Assembly (NCBI RefSeq): GCF_964355755.1
Contig: NC_092674.1
Coordinates: forward strand, 29,016,001-29,080,000
Reading direction: 5' to 3'
Length of the DNA: 64,000 bases
DNA from: Antedon mediterranea
Taxonomy: Eukaryota; Animalia; Echinodermata
The translations under genes were made by a program, and so were the position numbers. The notes below the pieces were generated by a model, which was given only the letters and a program-made list of their open reading frames with translations, was not told where the DNA came from and did no database searches. Positions 62,601 through 64,000 of this stretch are shown here, piece after piece. How positions within the stretch are numbered: position 1 is the first letter of the stretch; each line of letters begins with the position of its first letter.

Positions 62601-64000
62601 ACTATCACTATGGCCAATCCCTATTCAGAGGAGACATCGATTAAGGAGATATGTATGTTATACCACTATGGCCAACCCCTATTCAGGGGAGACATTGATT
62701 AAGGAGTTATGTATGTTATACCACTATGGTAAACCCCTATTCAGGGGACACATCGACTAAGGAGATATGTATGTTATACCACTATGGCCAACCACTATTC
62801 AGGGGACACATCGATTAAGGAGATATGTATGTTATAACACTATGGCCAACCCCTATTCAGGGGAGACATCGATTAAGGAGATATGTATGTTATACCACTA
62901 TGGCCAACCCCTATTCAGGGGAGACATCGATTAAGGAGATATGTATGTTATAACACTATGGCCAACCCCTATTCAGGGGAGACTAGCTATGTTAGGTCCT
63001 GAGTTGCCCCCTTATAGGAGTTCTACTGTATTCAAGTAAATGGAGAATTTAGATCTGTAATTACCTTATATTTTATGTACAATTGGTTGTTAATATCGTA
63101 TTAAAATCTCATTGAAAATTAACACAGCAAATGTAAATATAGAAACACAGCACAGAACGTAAACACCTGCCTAAAAGTTCACCAGATGAGGTGTCCTTCT
63201 TAAAGAATGTTTGCAGTTCATCTGATTCATCATTTAGACATGCAAAGACATCTTTGACAGACACTTTGGAAGATGTGGTGACATCAGAAGACTTGACCTC
63301 ACCGACAGCAATAAAGTCTGTATCCTGATCGTCAACTTTTAGTGGATGAATATTGATGTTTGATGCTCTTATGCTGGAGACATTGACATCGGAAGAGTTT
63401 GTAGCCATAGGAGGCTCTTCTGTATCGAATTCACCCAAGATATCTAGTGGATGTGTGGCAACGGGAGAAAGATTTTGACTGTTAGACTTCCTATTCTTTA
63501 AAACATTAGAATGCATGGTTTTCTTATGACCCAAGGTTGTCTTCTCAGTGAGGTTGGTTTGAGTGCTTGAACAACTGGTTTCAGGAATAGTTTGACAAGC
63601 TATTGAAGTGGTCTGTTTATTCTGGTTTCTAAGTTTACTATGCAAAACCTCCTTGCAGTATTTAGAGCTATCAAGATTACTTTCTACTATGTGACTAATG
63701 ACAGCTTTTCTTTTCCTTCTTCTCTGATTTACAGACAGTACTTTCTTATTTTGCCTATCTGTTGTTCTGGTTTTCTCTGTTCTAGATGGCCAAGTATTTT
63801 GGCTAATGCTACTTTTTAGTTTATATGTCTGATTTGCAGAAGAGTTCTGGCCTACTTCTAATACAACCACTTTATTAGAAACTACTTCTATCTGATTCTC
63901 ATCAACAACTACCGACACCGTGCCATCATCTTCGTTGATTAAGCTAAGCCTACTCCTTTCATTGAGACCAGAAACGTCAGTAGCTTTCACCAGGGAAGGT
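53642..64000 (-). CDS. NEK1: NIMA-related kinase 1 homolog, C-terminal part (kinase domain lies beyond the right edge)
   Basis: Spliced translation includes [54 protein letters not shown] and [47 protein letters not shown]. This matches the NEK1 C-terminus as I recall it (LRTCSLPDLSKLFRT...[11 protein letters not shown]...[22 protein letters not shown]). Phases are consistent across the eight downstream exons. Confidence 0.9.
55649..55781 (-). CDS. NEK1: NEK1 penultimate exon
   Basis: tctag|GCT ATA CAT GAA GAC GAG GAT...GAG A|gtaagt. Confidence 0.93.
55860..56345. repeat. Three diverged tandem copies of a ~185-bp unit in a NEK1 intron
   Basis: TCATCAATAATTATAT..AA.AATATTTTGAATCATCAT..AAAGAAATGTAT at about 55880, 56070 and 56255. 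Confidence 0.8.
56407..56534 (-). CDS. NEK1: NEK1 exon
   Basis: cctag|GT GAT GGG...ATT CAG|gtattc; [17 protein letters not shown]. Confidence 0.92.
57064..57249 (-). CDS. NEK1: NEK1 exon
   Basis: tttag|AT GAG AAG...TGG GAT TCA G|gtatga; overlaps ORF 57032..57217. Confidence 0.9.
57488..57830 (-). mobile_element. CR1-like LINE 3' remnant
   Basis: [11 protein letters not shown]...[11 protein letters not shown]...[14 protein letters not shown] resembles the CR1 ORF2 end; followed by CTGTTGGTTGTCAACTGAATAAA. Confidence 0.55.
58370..58763. mobile_element. Palindromic Kolobok-like MITE
   Basis: TTAA|AGGACAACTTGAC...GTCAAGTTGTCCT|TTAA; about 125-bp TIRs including GATGTACATATGATTTCAGAACAATCGCGAGATTAAGGATATCG. 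Confidence 0.9.
59052..59119 (-). CDS. NEK1: NEK1 exon
   Basis: taaag|G GTT ATA GAT...CAC ATG G|gtaagt; [22 protein letters not shown]. Confidence 0.87.
59567..59733 (-). CDS. NEK1: NEK1 exon
   Basis: tgtag|ATA CTA AGG ACG TGT TCT GAG CCG GAT TTG...GAC GA|gtaagt. Confidence 0.92.
59999..60068 (-). CDS. NEK1: NEK1 exon
   Basis: ctcag|G CCT AAT GCT...GTC AGG|gtaagg; [23 protein letters not shown]; required to fix the phase. Confidence 0.85.
60406..60472 (-). CDS. NEK1: NEK1 exon
   Basis: ttcag|GT TTG ATT AAC...AGT CC|gtaagt; [21 protein letters not shown]. Confidence 0.85.
61447..62983. repeat. Minisatellite, 58-bp unit x about 26, inside a pogo-like MITE (61422-63028)
   Basis: CCCTATTCAGGGGACACATCGATTAAGGAGATATGTATGTTATACCACTATGGCCAAC; flanked by CAGTAGAACTC and GAGTTCTACTG. 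Confidence 0.97.
63171..64000 (-). CDS. NEK1: NEK1 large low-complexity exon (5' end outside window; donor at 63171 or 63183)
   Basis: Uninterrupted 293-aa ORF 63109..63990, S/T/K/E-rich, same strand and upstream of the NEK1 exons; needs a phase-1 donor. Confidence 0.7.

Noticed and set aside
61447-62983. CRISPR-like appearance of the 58-bp and 84-bp arrays
   Set aside because: Units repeat head to tail with no unique spacers, there are no cas genes, and the context is eukaryotic and intronic or UTR.

Overview
AT-rich, intron-rich animal genomic DNA. It is probably from an invertebrate deuterostome such as an echinoderm; this is an inference from the ST6GalNAc-family gene, the TAGGCCTA clusters and the repeat types. 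There are no prokaryotic features. Three spliced genes can be assembled by hand with phase-consistent GT-AG junctions. (1) The 5' part of CCDC169 on the - strand (4 exons, 388-2213, continuing off the left edge). (2) A complete ST6GalNAc III-VI-type alpha-2,6-sialyltransferase on the + strand (5 coding exons, 17713-41339, 419 aa, sialylmotifs L, S, III and VS). (3) The 3' part of NEK1 on the - strand (9 exons, 53642 to beyond 64000; its first donor site is ambiguous). Introns and intergenic DNA are packed with non-autonomous TIR elements (Kolobok-, Harbinger-, pogo-, MULE-, Ginger- and Academ-like, several nested), L2/Crack/CR1 LINE remnants, tRNA- and 5S-derived SINEs, Penelope-like fragments and minisatellites. 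The most notable observations are: a triplicated, apparently pseudoknot-forming RNA module in an L2 3' UTR; an intact minimal hammerhead ribozyme in a Penelope-like repeat whose inverted copies bracket the sialylmotif-S exon; a 3.3 kb foldback element carrying the same MITE in both arms; a 58-bp satellite that grew inside a MITE; and a TE carrying 14 TTGCGCAA (C/EBP-type) sites. Superfamily assignments rest only on termini and TSDs, not on database searches.
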